Positions 30,390-41,052 of a stretch of 64,000 bases of DNA are shown here, piece by piece. The notes beneath the pieces are model-generated. The model saw only the letters and a list, made by a program, of their open reading frames with translations. It did not search any database and had not been told where the DNA came from. The stretch comes from Candidatus Hydrogenedentota bacterium. GTDB lineage: Bacteria > Hydrogenedentota > Hydrogenedentia > Hydrogenedentales > SLHB01. A program made the position numbers and the translations under genes. The stretch is taken from contig JARKSN010000339.1 in NCBI GenBank assembly GCA_029974275.1, positions 17,233 through 81,232 of the forward strand, read 5' to 3'. Within the stretch, counting starts at the first letter, position 1, and each line of letters opens with the position of its first letter.

Positions 30390-30983
30390 TTACTCGTCAT
30401 CCGTTGTCAACCCTGTCGTGGCTCCGTTCTGTTGTGAGGTTGCGACTTTTTCCAGCAGCTGAGGGCTGGGCTCCAGAAAATTGCCGTCCGGTTTGACATA
30501 GTCGGAAAGTTCCGTAATCTCGACGGTCTTGCCTTTCCACAGACCGTTTACGATAGATGCAAAAACGTAGTAGCGATCGCCATCGTCGCCCATCAGGTAT
30601 CGTCGGTGCTTTATTTTGGCGACGCGAAGGAGCGTTCCCGCGTCAACAACTCCCATCATGTCGGGCCAGTTCTGCGGCGCGGCTTTATACTCTTGTGTAG
30701 TAGTAGGTCCACCCCATTGTCCGGAGCGTTTAAACTCTGTGCCCGTGGCGAGCGCGATTCCGTTTGAATAGAACCTCACGTTGGCGATGAATGCGTCCAC
30801 TTTGAGTCGATACAAGGAGCCGATTTCATAGCCTCCCCAGCACTCGCGGTTGGCAGAAACGTCTCGTGTTGGAGTGTGCGTATCGTATAGAGCGTATACA
30901 AGAACGACACAGCCCGTCTGTGTGAAGAGGCAGCCGGCCATCAGTAGCCAACGTATCGTTTTGGATGGCGGCAGGAAGCTCAT
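30390..30983 (-). CDS. Hypothetical lipoprotein
   Basis: Signal-like N-terminus with QTGC; ATGA overlap with VTC gene; AT-richer codons than neighbours. Confidence 0.65.
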   Translation of the reverse strand: MSFLPPSKTIRWLLMAGCLFTQTGCVVLVYALYDTHTPTRDVSANRECWGGYEIGSLYRLKVDAFIANVRFYSNGIALATGTEFKRSGQWGGPTTTQEYKAAPQNWPDMMGVVDAGTLLRVAKIKHRRYLMGDDGDRYYVFASIVNGLWKGKTVEITELSDYVKPDGNFLEPSPQLLEKVATSQQNGATTGLTTDDE

Positions 30984-31810
30984 GTAAACTCCCTCATGCA
31001 GATTTCTGGCGTGTCCATCCTGTTGTTCGCGTTTCCCGCCAAGGCGAAGCCTTCGCGCCGCAATGCGTCCACGCAGTAGACGTATTTGGAAAACGACTCC
31101 TGGCGCAAGTCAAACTGCCGCGCCAGGCGTTCCACCCAGGCAGGGTAGCAATCGGTGAATTTTATCTCAAGCACCACGGGCACCTCGGGCAGTTCACGCC
31201 AGGGAGCGCACCCGTTCCACACGGAGCTTGTGTCCGCAGCGCACGCCAACCGGCGATCGAATGTGATCCGCAACGGCTCGTGGTCCACCCGACTCACGAA
31301 AGGCTCGCGCCGATACTTCACCGCGACCCGGGGCGTTGCGGCCAAAAAGGCCATCATTTCGCAGAATCGGTTTGCGTGGGCTGCGGCGGCCGGATCGCCG
31401 CGACGGCATAGGCATTCATCCGGCGCGTTTCGATCGGCGATGACCTCGTCCAGTTTTTCGCGGAGGATGGCGACCCGAGTTTTTCGCGTGATCTGGTTGA
31501 TTCGCTGTTTCACTTCAAGAAACAAAGGGTCCATGCCCTCCTCGTTATCGTCATAGCTTCGGATTCGCAGTTTGTATCGATGGCATTCGCCCACGAAGGA
31601 GCGCCAGTACAGGTCGAGATCCGGAGTGTCCAGATATACGCTGACGACCGAATACTGCGCGCCGGCGGGATCCGGCACGACATACGGCGCTATGTGCGCC
31701 GAAATGGCTTGAGCGACCGCCTCCGAGATGACGTACTTTATCTCGAACCGTTGAGCCGTTGTCCGCGCGGCGTTGGCCGCCGCTATCAGCGTCTCGTTGA
31801 AATCGTCCAT
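30980..31810 (-). CDS. Polyphosphate polymerase (VTC) domain protein
   Basis: RFEIKY, SVYLDT, KLRIRSY, LEVKQR, RITFD, VLEIKF, FSKY. Confidence 0.92.
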   Translation of the reverse strand: MDDFNETLIAAANAARTTAQRFEIKYVISEAVAQAISAHIAPYVVPDPAGAQYSVVSVYLDTPDLDLYWRSFVGECHRYKLRIRSYDDNEEGMDPLFLEVKQRINQITRKTRVAILREKLDEVIADRNAPDECLCRRGDPAAAAHANRFCEMMAFLAATPRVAVKYRREPFVSRVDHEPLRITFDRRLACAADTSSVWNGCAPWRELPEVPVVLEIKFTDCYPAWVERLARQFDLRQESFSKYVYCVDALRREGFALAGNANNRMDTPEICMREFT

Positions 31811-31842
31811 TAATTTGGCGCCAAGGCATCCTTTCGCAAGGG

Positions 31843-34800
31843 TTATGCGCGCCGGCGCAGTCTATTTCTTCCGATCAGCAGGAGGACGAGTCCCGCCCCC
31901 AGAATGAGGGGCGTGGATGCGGATGGCAGAACGGTGGTCGGGCTGAGGGGGTCGGCGCCCAGCGTCACCTCGAGCTTGTCCGAGTACCCGTCCCCGTCGG
32001 TGTCCCACAGGGCAGGATCCGTGTGGTAGACGTATATCTCGTCTTCATTGCTCAGTCCATCGCCGTCGGTATCCACGAAAAGATTCAGCGTTATTGTGAT
32101 CGCGGCGGGGGTGGAGACGTTGGCCGCCTCATCGATCGCCGTCACGCTGAACGTGTTGGCCCCGGGGGTTAGCGTGCCCGAGTAGCTCCAGGTCGTCTGG
32201 CCGGCGACATGCGTGACGCCCGTCGCCGATCCGTTCACGTGGATCGCCGCCGTGTCTGCCGTGCAAGCGCCCTCTAGGAGCAGCTCGGTTGCGTCCGTGG
32301 CGTAATCGCTTCCGCCGTTTGTCGTGATGGTTGGCGTTTCGGGAGGCGTCGTATCGGCCAGCAGCGTGCCGTTGGCGCGTCCCGGCGAAGCGAAATCGCA
32401 CAGCGGTCCGCCTAGGGTGCTGGGGCCTGTCGGAAAGCCAATCGCGACTTGGGCTTCTTCGAAGTTGTAGCGGTTTGATTCTGCCGAACCCCACGGGAAT
32501 CGTTCGTCGACTTTTTCCAGGGAATAGCCGGCCGATGCCTTGTCGGGGTACTCCACGGTCAGCGATCCATCGATGAGGATTCCGCCGGACGCGGCGTTGT
32601 ATAGCGCGATATTGTCGCCGCCATTGTTCAGGCTTCCGGGATCCGTGCACAGGGCGTTGATGACGCGCACGCTTTCGGGCATTTGCCACAGGGCGAAATC
32701 GGGGGAGTTCCATAGGTTCACGATGACGCGTTCGCCGGGTTGGATGACGGTCGAAGCGGGCAATACCGCTTGGCCCTCTCCCGTTGCGGGATATACATCG
32801 TCATCGGAAATGTACCAGCCGGACGCGTCGATAGGGCTGTTGGTCGTGTTGAGCAGTTCTATCCATTCGATATCGTTCGCCCCTCGGCAGTTGTACATGA
32901 TTTCCGTGATCGAGATCGGCGGGGTTTGGTAGTGCGCTTGTGCCGTTTCGGGGGCGGGCATCACGGGATTCAGGAGGGCGTCGCGCAGGCCGCTCACGGT
33001 TACCGTATAGAGGATGCCCGAACTCAGCCGCGACGCGAATTCCAACAGGACGCGCGTGTCGTCTCGCTTGAGGGATACGGCGATCGGGTTGCCCACTCCC
33101 TCGTCGACGCTGTAGTTCGTGACGATCAGCGCAGTGGCCGGGTCGAGCGCGCGATCGAAATCCAGCGCGATCAGGTCGCCGCGTCCGAATTCGGCGGCCA
33201 GCAGATGAGGCGGCTCTCCATCCAACGTGAAATTGGCGCTGACGGAAAGCGGCCCGTATGCGTGAAGGTGCGCGTTGCTCCGGAGGGATCGCCATCCGTC
33301 CAACCCGAAAAGACGTATCCGGTGTCGGGAATGGCCTCGAGCGTCAACGGCACGCCGGTGAAAAAGGTTCCGGTCATGGGATAGGACTCTGGCTCCAGGG
33401 TCTGAACCTTGACCCTCCCTCCGCCCGTCGGCGGCGCGGCGATTGTGACGTCGGCCCACCCCGTGACGTTGGGCATCAGGGCATGGTCGCGCACGTGTTG
33501 TCGCACGTACGGCGTGCGATCGCTGTTCCATGTCTTCATGGTGACAAGGGCTGTTTCCCAGGTGTCCACGGTGTGGACCTGCTGCCACACCTGTTTTTCG
33601 AAGGGCATTGCCGAGCGGATATCCGCCGCCATTTCATCCGCCCGGGCGTTGATGTGCGATGGCGCGAGGATCGAGTTGAGCAAAATGTCCATGCGTTGGG
33701 CGAAGTAGTTCCGGTAATCCGGACTGCCCAGCAGTTGGCGCAACAAGTTGGTGAAGCGCATCCGCTGATCGGTGCACCGCGCCATGGCGTTGTAATTGAC
33801 CGCGCGCCCGTCGCCCCACACGTCCGCGCTGCCCGCTCCTCCCCCGCCATAGGCCGATTCGGTGTCCCAGTCGATGAAAATCCACTTGGCCCCCGCCGTG
33901 CGCTCGCGCGCGACAAAGGCGTTGTGGTGCGGCCAATCGCAGTTCCCGTTCCAAATGTTCAGGATCATGTAGTTGGTGAAGTTCTCGATATCGATGTGGT
34001 TCTGAACCGCAGCGAGATAGGCGTTGCCGGTGAGCCCGCTGGGGTTGGCGTTCGTGCCGTTGGTGACGTATGCCGTCACGAAGGATTGCCATGCCGCGGC
34101 ATCGCCCTCTTTCACCTCGTCCGCGCCATGCGGCAAGGGATCCTTGTCGTTGCCGGTCGCCCCAACATCCGATATGCCGATCAAGTCCCAATCGGTCTTG
34201 CCGGTGTAATCCTTGAGCCAGTTGTCGTCGTAACGCTCGGTCGTATTGTAGAGACCCCATGGTTCGCCGTTGAGATAGACCATGCACCATGCGTCGTGTC
34301 CGGCGAGATCGCCCATTTCGCGTCGCAGAGCGCGCGTCAACGGGTCTCGGATGTAGCAGGCCAAGGTGGTCTGATTGTCGATGTTGGAGGGAAACTTGCT
34401 GTGCGACCATCCGTCGTTGTAGTTGCCTCGGAAGACGAGTTTGTCGAATCGCGCGACATCGGATGTCGCGAAGATCTTGTAATCGAGCTTGCCAGGGCCA
34501 TATTCCGATCTAAAATAGAACCGGAATGATTTTTTCATCGTGTCATTCTGGCGTGAAGCGCCGCCGTGCATGCGCATTCCCGTGTCGGCTTGAAAGGCTT
34601 TGACGCCGCCGGTTTCCCAATAGGAGACATTTGCCAGGCGCTCGCCCATTCGATCGGTGGTGTTGAAAAAGCTCTGCCACTGCTGCTCCGAAAAGAAAAA
34701 CGAATTCCAGTAAATGGCCGCTGCATGAACCTGGGATTGGCTGTTGGCGTACGGATTGCTCCGGTTCAACGGAGTCAGCACGTTGTGCGGGTCTAGATCG

Positions 34801-35150
34801 CGCGGCGCCATCACGACCGACATGATGGGAATGGACGTATTCACGTTGATAAGGTAGGTGTCCGTGACGACTTCGCCGACGGCCGTTCCCCCGGTAAAGG
34901 CGCCCGCTCGAATGACGGTTGTGGCGGAAACCGGTATGGGCGTTGTATACAACGCGCTGGTTGCGGTCGGAATGCTGCCATCGGTTGTGTAACGCACTTC
35001 GGAGCCTGCGCCGGAATTGGCGATGGAGACGGAAACCGACGAGGGGTGAGGGCCCCCAAGGGGAGAGACTGTAAGGTCTGCGGCATGCCCCAGAAAGGAG
35101 AGGACGCCCACGAACCACACAAAAGCTATGCTGCGCACCGCATTCCTCAT
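31843..35150 (-). pseudogene. CotH kinase + Fn3-associated + lamin-tail + TSP3-like surface protein, split by a 1-nt frameshift near 33253
   Basis: ORF 33171-35204 carries signal peptide, RYTTDGSIPT, CotH motifs (GLYNTTER, DWPHHN, DWDTE); ORF 31843-33588 carries LTD (ITEIMY, EWIEL), DTDGDGLSN repeats and C-terminal TM anchor; frames join at HTG|PLSVSANF. Confidence 0.8.
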
Positions 35151-35691
35151 CATCTCACTTCTCCTGTCCCTTTGGTTTGGGAAATGGACAACCGTCCGTC
35201 GCATGCATGCGAATGGGGTCGGTTGGCGTTGGCTCCCCGCTTAGTTTTGTGGGGCATTATAGTTCGCGCGCCGTAGGGTTTTTGGGTGGGCTGCGCCGTA
35301 GTGCACACTATCTCTTCTCGGACATGCCCATCGCCGGACACCCTCGCCTCTACCTCGTGTGGCTCAGTATGACACAACGAAAGGCTTTTGGCAAACAAAA
35401 CCGCCTGTTTTGGAGGATGCGTCGAATCCAGAATTCCAGTGAATAACGATAAAATATTATATAGTCAGAATGTTTTTATTATAAATAGCATTTTTGAATG
35501 GGCTGAGACTTTTATCCAAGAGGGGGAATCGCATGCGCGCCTGGACACTGGTTACAGGTTCAAGATCGGCGTGGATCGTGGCGTTCAGTGATTTGGGATT
35601 TTGTGACACATGCCAATCGATCCGCCCTGAGCCTGTGTTGTGGCGGCATACGTCAGTCCCCTGCAGGGCTTCACGTTTGGCGATGGGGAAG

Positions 35692-36096
35692 TCACTTGCG
35701 CTTTTTGCTGCGCCCGGCTCCCCGCCCCGTCTTCTTGGTTTTTTCGGAAGCCGCTTTCTCTTTGGGGGCCATTTCCTGCTGCGGATATTGTTCGAAGGAA
35801 TCGGCTTTGGAGAGAATCTTGATGGCCGTTCGCTTGCCGCCTTCCATGGGACGCGTGAACGGCCATGGCTTGGTCAGCAGATCGAAGGCCTGGCGGATTC
35901 GCAAGATTTGGGTTTGGAAACTTTTTTTGTCCGAGGGCTCATACACCAAAAACTGCCCCGGCTTCGTGCCTTTGACTTGTTCCATGATCTCGGCAACGTG
36001 CGGGTTCAGGCGTTTTGCCTTGCCCGCGTCGGCGGTTTTGCGGGGAACCAGTCCTAGTTCGTCCGCCTCTTTTTTAGTAAGCACTCGAATGGCCAT
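35692..36096 (-). CDS. Small basic hypothetical protein (134 aa)
   Basis: ACAGGAG RBS, MAIRVLTKKEADELGL..., Lys-rich C-tail. Confidence 0.7.
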   Translation of the reverse strand: MAIRVLTKKEADELGLVPRKTADAGKAKRLNPHVAEIMEQVKGTKPGQFLVYEPSDKKSFQTQILRIRQAFDLLTKPWPFTRPMEGGKRTAIKILSKADSFEQYPQQEMAPKEKAASEKTKKTGRGAGRSKKRK

Positions 36097-36376
36097 ATTA
36101 GCGCTCCTGTTAAACAAACGTTAGAAAACCCATTTTGATCCGGCCATCATCGTACATACTTCATGAAGAAGGAGTCAACCTTCTCGCTGCGGTTTTTCTA
36201 TGAGGAAACCCCTCATGTTCGTGCTAGATGATTATGACATCCTTATAATGCCGGCGCCTATCGGCCTTTCTTGCGGCGCTTGACATGGCCGTCTCGGCCC
36301 ATTAGGATAGCGTTTCTCGCCGCCCGGCGCGGCGAACGCAGGAATCGCCGCCACACACAGGACTTCCATTCTTCCT

Positions 36377-38539
36377 ATGCATCTAAATGAAGCGCAACGG
36401 CTTGCGGTGACTCAAGGAGACGGTCCGGCGCTGGTCCTGGCAGGCGCGGGGTCCGGCAAGACGCGGGTCATTGTTGAGCGGCTGGCCTACCTCGTGAGCG
36501 AGCGCGGCGTCGACCCGCGCAATCTGCTCGCGTTGACCTTCACGAACCGCGCCGCGAACGAGATGAAGGCGCGCACGGCGTCCCGTCTTGGCGTCCAACG
36601 GCTTGGGGCGTGGGTGGGCACGTTCCATTCGTTTGGGTTGTACATTTTACGACGCGAGATAGATAAGATCGGACGTTCGAGCGCGTTCACGATTTTTGAT
36701 GATTCTGATCAGGTAAGCCTCATGAAGAGGCTCATCAAGGATTTGCCGTCGGGCAGTCCCAAGCTGTTGCCTCGAAGGGCCATGAGCTGGATCAGCCGCC
36801 TGAAACAAGACCTCCAGGTTCCGGATGCCGCAGGTGTTCCTGCCGAGCCGGACGAGGAGGCGTTGCGGCTGTTGTGGCAGAAATATCACGAGGCGCTCGC
36901 GCGCGCCAATGCGGTGGATTATGATGATCTGCTGGTCCTGGCGGCGCGGCTGTTTCTGGACTTTCCGGATGTCCGCGATCGCTATGCGCGCCGGTATCGT
37001 TATGTTCACGTCGATGAGTACCAGGACACCAACCATGCGCAGTACGTCATGGCGCAGCGCCTCAGCGAACCGCACAAGAATCTCTTTGTCGTCGGCGACG
37101 AGGACCAGAGCATTTATTCTTGGCGGGGCGCGAACATTGCCAATATCCTGAACTTTGAAAAAGACTTTCCCGACGCGCGCGTTTTTCGTCTTGAGCAAAA
37201 TTATCGCAGCGCGAAGCCGATCCTCGATGCCGCCAATGCACTGGTTGCGAACAATCTGAATCGTCTTGGCAAGACGTTGTGGACGGCGCAGGAGGGGGGC
37301 GATCCGGTCCGGTTTTATCGCGCGGATGACGATCGGGACGAGGCGCGGTTCGTGGTTGACGAGATTTTCCAGCGCCGTGAAAGCGACGGATCCGTGGCGG
37401 TGCTTTTCCGGACGAACGGGCAGTCGCGATTGTTCGAAGAGGCCCTGCGCCGTAAAGCGCTGCCGTATGTTCTCATTGGGGGCACGCAATTTTACAGCCG
37501 CAAGGAGGTGAAGGACATCCTCGCGTACCTGCGGCTACTCATCAATCCCAACGACGATGAGGCCCTGCGCCGCATCATCAATGTGCCCGCGCGGGGGATC
37601 GGCGGCGTCACAATGGATCGCCTGGAAGAATATGCCCGCACGCGTTCCCTGCCCCTGTCTCAGGTCTTGCGCGAGGTCGAACACGACCAGACCTTCTCGG
37701 CGCGAGTACGCGAAGGGTTGGGCGCGTTTGTGCATATGATCGACGAATTGGCGCTGTTTTCGCGCGAGGCGACCGTGGAAGACCTGGCCGTCCGTTTACT
37801 TGACGCGACGGGGTATCGCGAATACGTCCAGGAAACCGACGAACGCGATTTTCGGGATCGCCTTGAGATCGTGGACGAATTTGTGTCCGCCTGTGCGCAG
37901 CACGACAATGTCCGCGGCGAAGGCAATGGGGGGCTTGCCGATTTTTTGCAGGAACTGGCGCTGTATTCGGACCTGGATGCCTATGACCCGGAGAAGCCGT
38001 TGGTCACGTTGATTACCTGTCATGCCGCCAAGGGCCTTGAGTTCGACGAAGTTTTCCTGGTAGGTTTGGAGCAGGGCTTGTTGCCGCATGCGAGCGCGTT
38101 TCACAGCGAGAGTGAAATCGAGGAAGAGCGGCGGCTGTGTTATGTCGCGATGACGCGTGCGCGCAAACGCCTGACTCTCGTGGCGGCCCGGGAACGGATG
38201 GCGTTTGGCGAGACGAGGGCGGCGGAGGAATCGCAGTTTCTTTCCGAAATGCCTTTGGGGCGGATCGCGCGCGTGAACGATGCGTTTGCGGAGCCCGCTC
38301 CGCGCCCGTCGTTTGAAACGCGCCGGCGCAGGGCAGACGCCTTCGCCGCCGCTCCGCGCGCCGAGGCCGGCGCCATCAGGATGGGGACGCGCGTCCGTCA
38401 TGCCTCGTTCGGACGGGGCACGGTGATGTATGTGAAGGGCGATGGGGCGAAATGCAAGGCGCATATCCGCTTCGATTCGGGCCGGTCGCGCGATATCATG
38501 GTGGCCATGGCTCCGCTGACGATTGTGGAAGGGGAATAG
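36377..38539 (+). CDS. uvrD: UvrD/PcrA SF1A DNA helicase
   Basis: AGAGSGKT, VDEYQD, GDEDQSIY, QNYRS, HAAKGLEF, EEERRLCYVAMTRA, C-terminal Tudor-like domain. Confidence 0.96.
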   Translation: MHLNEAQRLAVTQGDGPALVLAGAGSGKTRVIVERLAYLVSERGVDPRNLLALTFTNRAANEMKARTASRLGVQRLGAWVGTFHSFGLYILRREIDKIGRSSAFTIFDDSDQVSLMKRLIKDLPSGSPKLLPRRAMSWISRLKQDLQVPDAAGVPAEPDEEALRLLWQKYHEALARANAVDYDDLLVLAARLFLDFPDVRDRYARRYRYVHVDEYQDTNHAQYVMAQRLSEPHKNLFVVGDEDQSIYSWRGANIANILNFEKDFPDARVFRLEQNYRSAKPILDAANALVANNLNRLGKTLWTAQEGGDPVRFYRADDDRDEARFVVDEIFQRRESDGSVAVLFRTNGQSRLFEEALRRKALPYVLIGGTQFYSRKEVKDILAYLRLLINPNDDEALRRIINVPARGIGGVTMDRLEEYARTRSLPLSQVLREVEHDQTFSARVREGLGAFVHMIDELALFSREATVEDLAVRLLDATGYREYVQETDERDFRDRLEIVDEFVSACAQHDNVRGEGNGGLADFLQELALYSDLDAYDPEKPLVTLITCHAAKGLEFDEVFLVGLEQGLLPHASAFHSESEIEEERRLCYVAMTRARKRLTLVAARERMAFGETRAAEESQFLSEMPLGRIARVNDAFAEPAPRPSFETRRRRADAFAAAPRAEAGAIRMGTRVRHASFGRGTVMYVKGDGAKCKAHIRFDSGRSRDIMVAMAPLTIVEGE

Positions 38540-38543
38540 AACG

Positions 38544-39614
38544 GTGACGCTCGACGAACTTCGCGCGAAGATCGATGTGGTCGATCAGGAAATTCTCCGT
38601 TTGCTCAACGAACGCGCTCAATGCGCGCTCGATATCGGCGCCATAAAACGCGGCGGCGACTCCGTGTTCTATGTCCCGGAGCGCGAGAAGGAGGTCTATG
38701 ACAAGCTTCGCAGCGCCAATCCCGGCCCGTTGCCTGATGCGGCGATCAAGACGATTTATCGCGAGATCATCAGCGCGGTGCGGGCGCTGGAGAAGCCGTT
38801 AGATATTGCTTTTTTGGGGCCGAAGGACACGTTTAGCCACATGGCCGCGTTGCGCTTGTTCGGCACGCATGCCGCGTACCACCCGCTGCCGGCCGTGGAG
38901 GACATATTCACGGAAGTGGAGCGCCGGCGCGTGGATTACGGCATCGTGCCTGTCGAGACTTCGATGGGCGGCGGCGTTAGCGACACGCTCGACCGCTTCC
39001 TGTCCTCCGATCTCAAGATCATCAACGAGGTGATGCTGCACGTCACGCAGAACCTTCTTTCGAATAGCCGTTTCGAGGATGTCGTCAAGGTGTATTCGAA
39101 GGCGCAACCCTTTGTGCAATGCCGGAATTGGCTCAAGGCGAACCTGCCCAACGCGGAGCTTATCGAAACGTCGAGTACGGCGTCCGCGGCGCAAACCGCC
39201 GCAAACGAGCCGGGGGCCGCAGCCATTGCCAGCGCGCTCGCGGCCAAGACGTACGGGGTGAATGTCTTGGTGTCGGGCATCGAGGATGCGCCGCACAATT
39301 TCACGCGTTTCTTCGTGGTTGGACGTCAACTGGCCAAGCCTACCGGCAACGACAAGACCTCCATCCTTTGCGCCATCAAGGACCGGCCCGGCGCGCTGTA
39401 TCATTTGCTGACCCCTTTGGCCGAGGCGGGCATCAGCTTGACGCGCATCGAGTCGCGGCCGTCCCAGAAGAAGGCATGGGAATATGTATTCTTCATCGAC
39501 ATGCTCGGTCACGTCGATGATTTCCATATCAAGGGGGCCCTCGAAAAAGTGGCCTCGTATTGCAAGGAATTGAAGGTATTGGGCTCGTTTCCGCACGGCG
39601 AGTTGGAGGAATAG
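38544..39614 (+). CDS. pheA: Chorismate mutase/prephenate dehydratase (P-protein)
   Basis: LDELRAKID..D, PEREKEV, NFTRF, IESRP, EYVFFID, VLGSF. Confidence 0.96.
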   Translation: MTLDELRAKIDVVDQEILRLLNERAQCALDIGAIKRGGDSVFYVPEREKEVYDKLRSANPGPLPDAAIKTIYREIISAVRALEKPLDIAFLGPKDTFSHMAALRLFGTHAAYHPLPAVEDIFTEVERRRVDYGIVPVETSMGGGVSDTLDRFLSSDLKIINEVMLHVTQNLLSNSRFEDVVKVYSKAQPFVQCRNWLKANLPNAELIETSSTASAAQTAANEPGAAAIASALAAKTYGVNVLVSGIEDAPHNFTRFFVVGRQLAKPTGNDKTSILCAIKDRPGALYHLLTPLAEAGISLTRIESRPSQKKAWEYVFFIDMLGHVDDFHIKGALEKVASYCKELKVLGSFPHGELEE

Positions 39615-39653
39615 CCGGCGCGTCGTGCGGCGCGAGGCGAATGAGGAGAAGAG

Positions 39654-40475
39654 ATGAACAAGAAAGCGCTCATGATTGTTGTGTTGGCTGTGGGCTTGGC
39701 CGCCATTGCGGGCGTGCATCAATTCAGGGCGGACCGTCTTACAAAGGGCAAGCTGGCCGAGATTTCCGTTGCGGAAAAACGTCTCAGCGAGGCGGATGCC
39801 GCGGCGGAGAAAGCGGCGGAGGCGGCCGTCAGCGCCGCTCCGAGCGAATCTGTTTCCGCCGTTCCGCCGCCGCCGCCCGTTTCGCCTCCGCCCGCGCCTC
39901 CGGCGGCCTCTTCGGCGGCGACGCCGGCCTCTTCGGAGACAGGGGAGGGGGGGATTCCGGAGGTTTTCAAGGTGCGGTTCGACTGTTCGAGCGGCGCCTT
40001 CGTGGTCGAGTGTCATCGGGACTGGGCGCCCCGGGGCGTCGAGCAGTTCTACAAGCTGGTGACGTCGGGTTATTACGACGGCAACCGTTTCTTCCGCGTC
40101 GCCGACAATCCAGCGATCGTTCAATTCGGTCTCAACGGCGATCCGGAAGTCACGGCGAAGTGGCGTTTTTCTCGCGTCATGGACGATCCGGTGAAGCAGT
40201 CCAACGTGCGCGGAACGATCTGTTTCGCCGCGACGCGCATGCCGAATTCGCGCACCACGCAGTTGTTCATCAATCGCGGCGACAACTCGCCGTTGGATCG
40301 CATGGGATTTGCGGTGTTCGGCAAGGTGATCAGCGGGATGGATGCGGTCGATGCGATCACGGACGAGTATGGCGAGAGACCCGATCAGGGCGCCATCAAC
40401 ACGCAGGGCAATGCTTACTTGGAGCAGCATTTCCCTCGTCTTGATTATGTGAAAAAGGCCGAGATCGTGCCCTGA
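39654..40475 (+). CDS. Cyclophilin-type peptidyl-prolyl isomerase, exported
   Basis: Signal/TM, Pro-Ala linker, WAPRG, FFRV, QFG, NSRTTQLFIN, FAVFGKV. Confidence 0.92.
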   Translation: MNKKALMIVVLAVGLAAIAGVHQFRADRLTKGKLAEISVAEKRLSEADAAAEKAAEAAVSAAPSESVSAVPPPPPVSPPPAPPAASSAATPASSETGEGGIPEVFKVRFDCSSGAFVVECHRDWAPRGVEQFYKLVTSGYYDGNRFFRVADNPAIVQFGLNGDPEVTAKWRFSRVMDDPVKQSNVRGTICFAATRMPNSRTTQLFINRGDNSPLDRMGFAVFGKVISGMDAVDAITDEYGERPDQGAINTQGNAYLEQHFPRLDYVKKAEIVP

Positions 40476-40503
40476 ACGATCGTGAAAGCAAAGGAGCATA
40501 CAC

Positions 40504-41052
40504 GTGACAGAGGCCAACAAGCCGGGCGTTCCGGAGACGTTTCAAGCGCAGTTTACATGCACCAACGGTGTTTTCGTCGTGGAGTGCGAGCGGGGATGGG
40601 CGCCGAATGGCGTTGATCGTTTTCATGAGTTGGTGACGTCGGGTTTTTACGACGAGAACCGTTTTTTCCGCGTGGTGAGGAGTCCCAAGCCGTTCGTGAT
40701 CCAATTTGGCATCAATGGCAATCCTGGCGTCATGCAGCGATGGCGCGCGGCGGCCATTGCGGACGATCCCGTGCGGCAGTCGAATGCCCGCGGGACGGTG
40801 TGTTTCGCCGCGACCAACGCGCCAAACAGCCGGACCACGCAGATATTCATCAATCTCGGCGACAACCGATTCCTGGATGATATGCGCTTTGCGGCGTTTG
40901 GAAGGGTTGTTTGCGGGATGGATGTCGTCGACGCGATCAATGGCGAGTATGGCGAGCAGCCGGACCAAAGCGCCATCCAGCGGTTGGGGAACGCATATCT
41001 GGAAGAGCGGTTTCCGAATCTCGACTACGTCAAGAAGGCGGAAATCATCTGA
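40504..41052 (+). CDS. Cyclophilin-type peptidyl-prolyl isomerase, cytoplasmic
   Basis: WAPNG, FFRV, NSRTTQIFIN, FAAFGRV; no signal peptide. Confidence 0.92.
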   Translation: MTEANKPGVPETFQAQFTCTNGVFVVECERGWAPNGVDRFHELVTSGFYDENRFFRVVRSPKPFVIQFGINGNPGVMQRWRAAAIADDPVRQSNARGTVCFAATNAPNSRTTQIFINLGDNRFLDDMRFAAFGRVVCGMDVVDAINGEYGEQPDQSAIQRLGNAYLEERFPNLDYVKKAEII

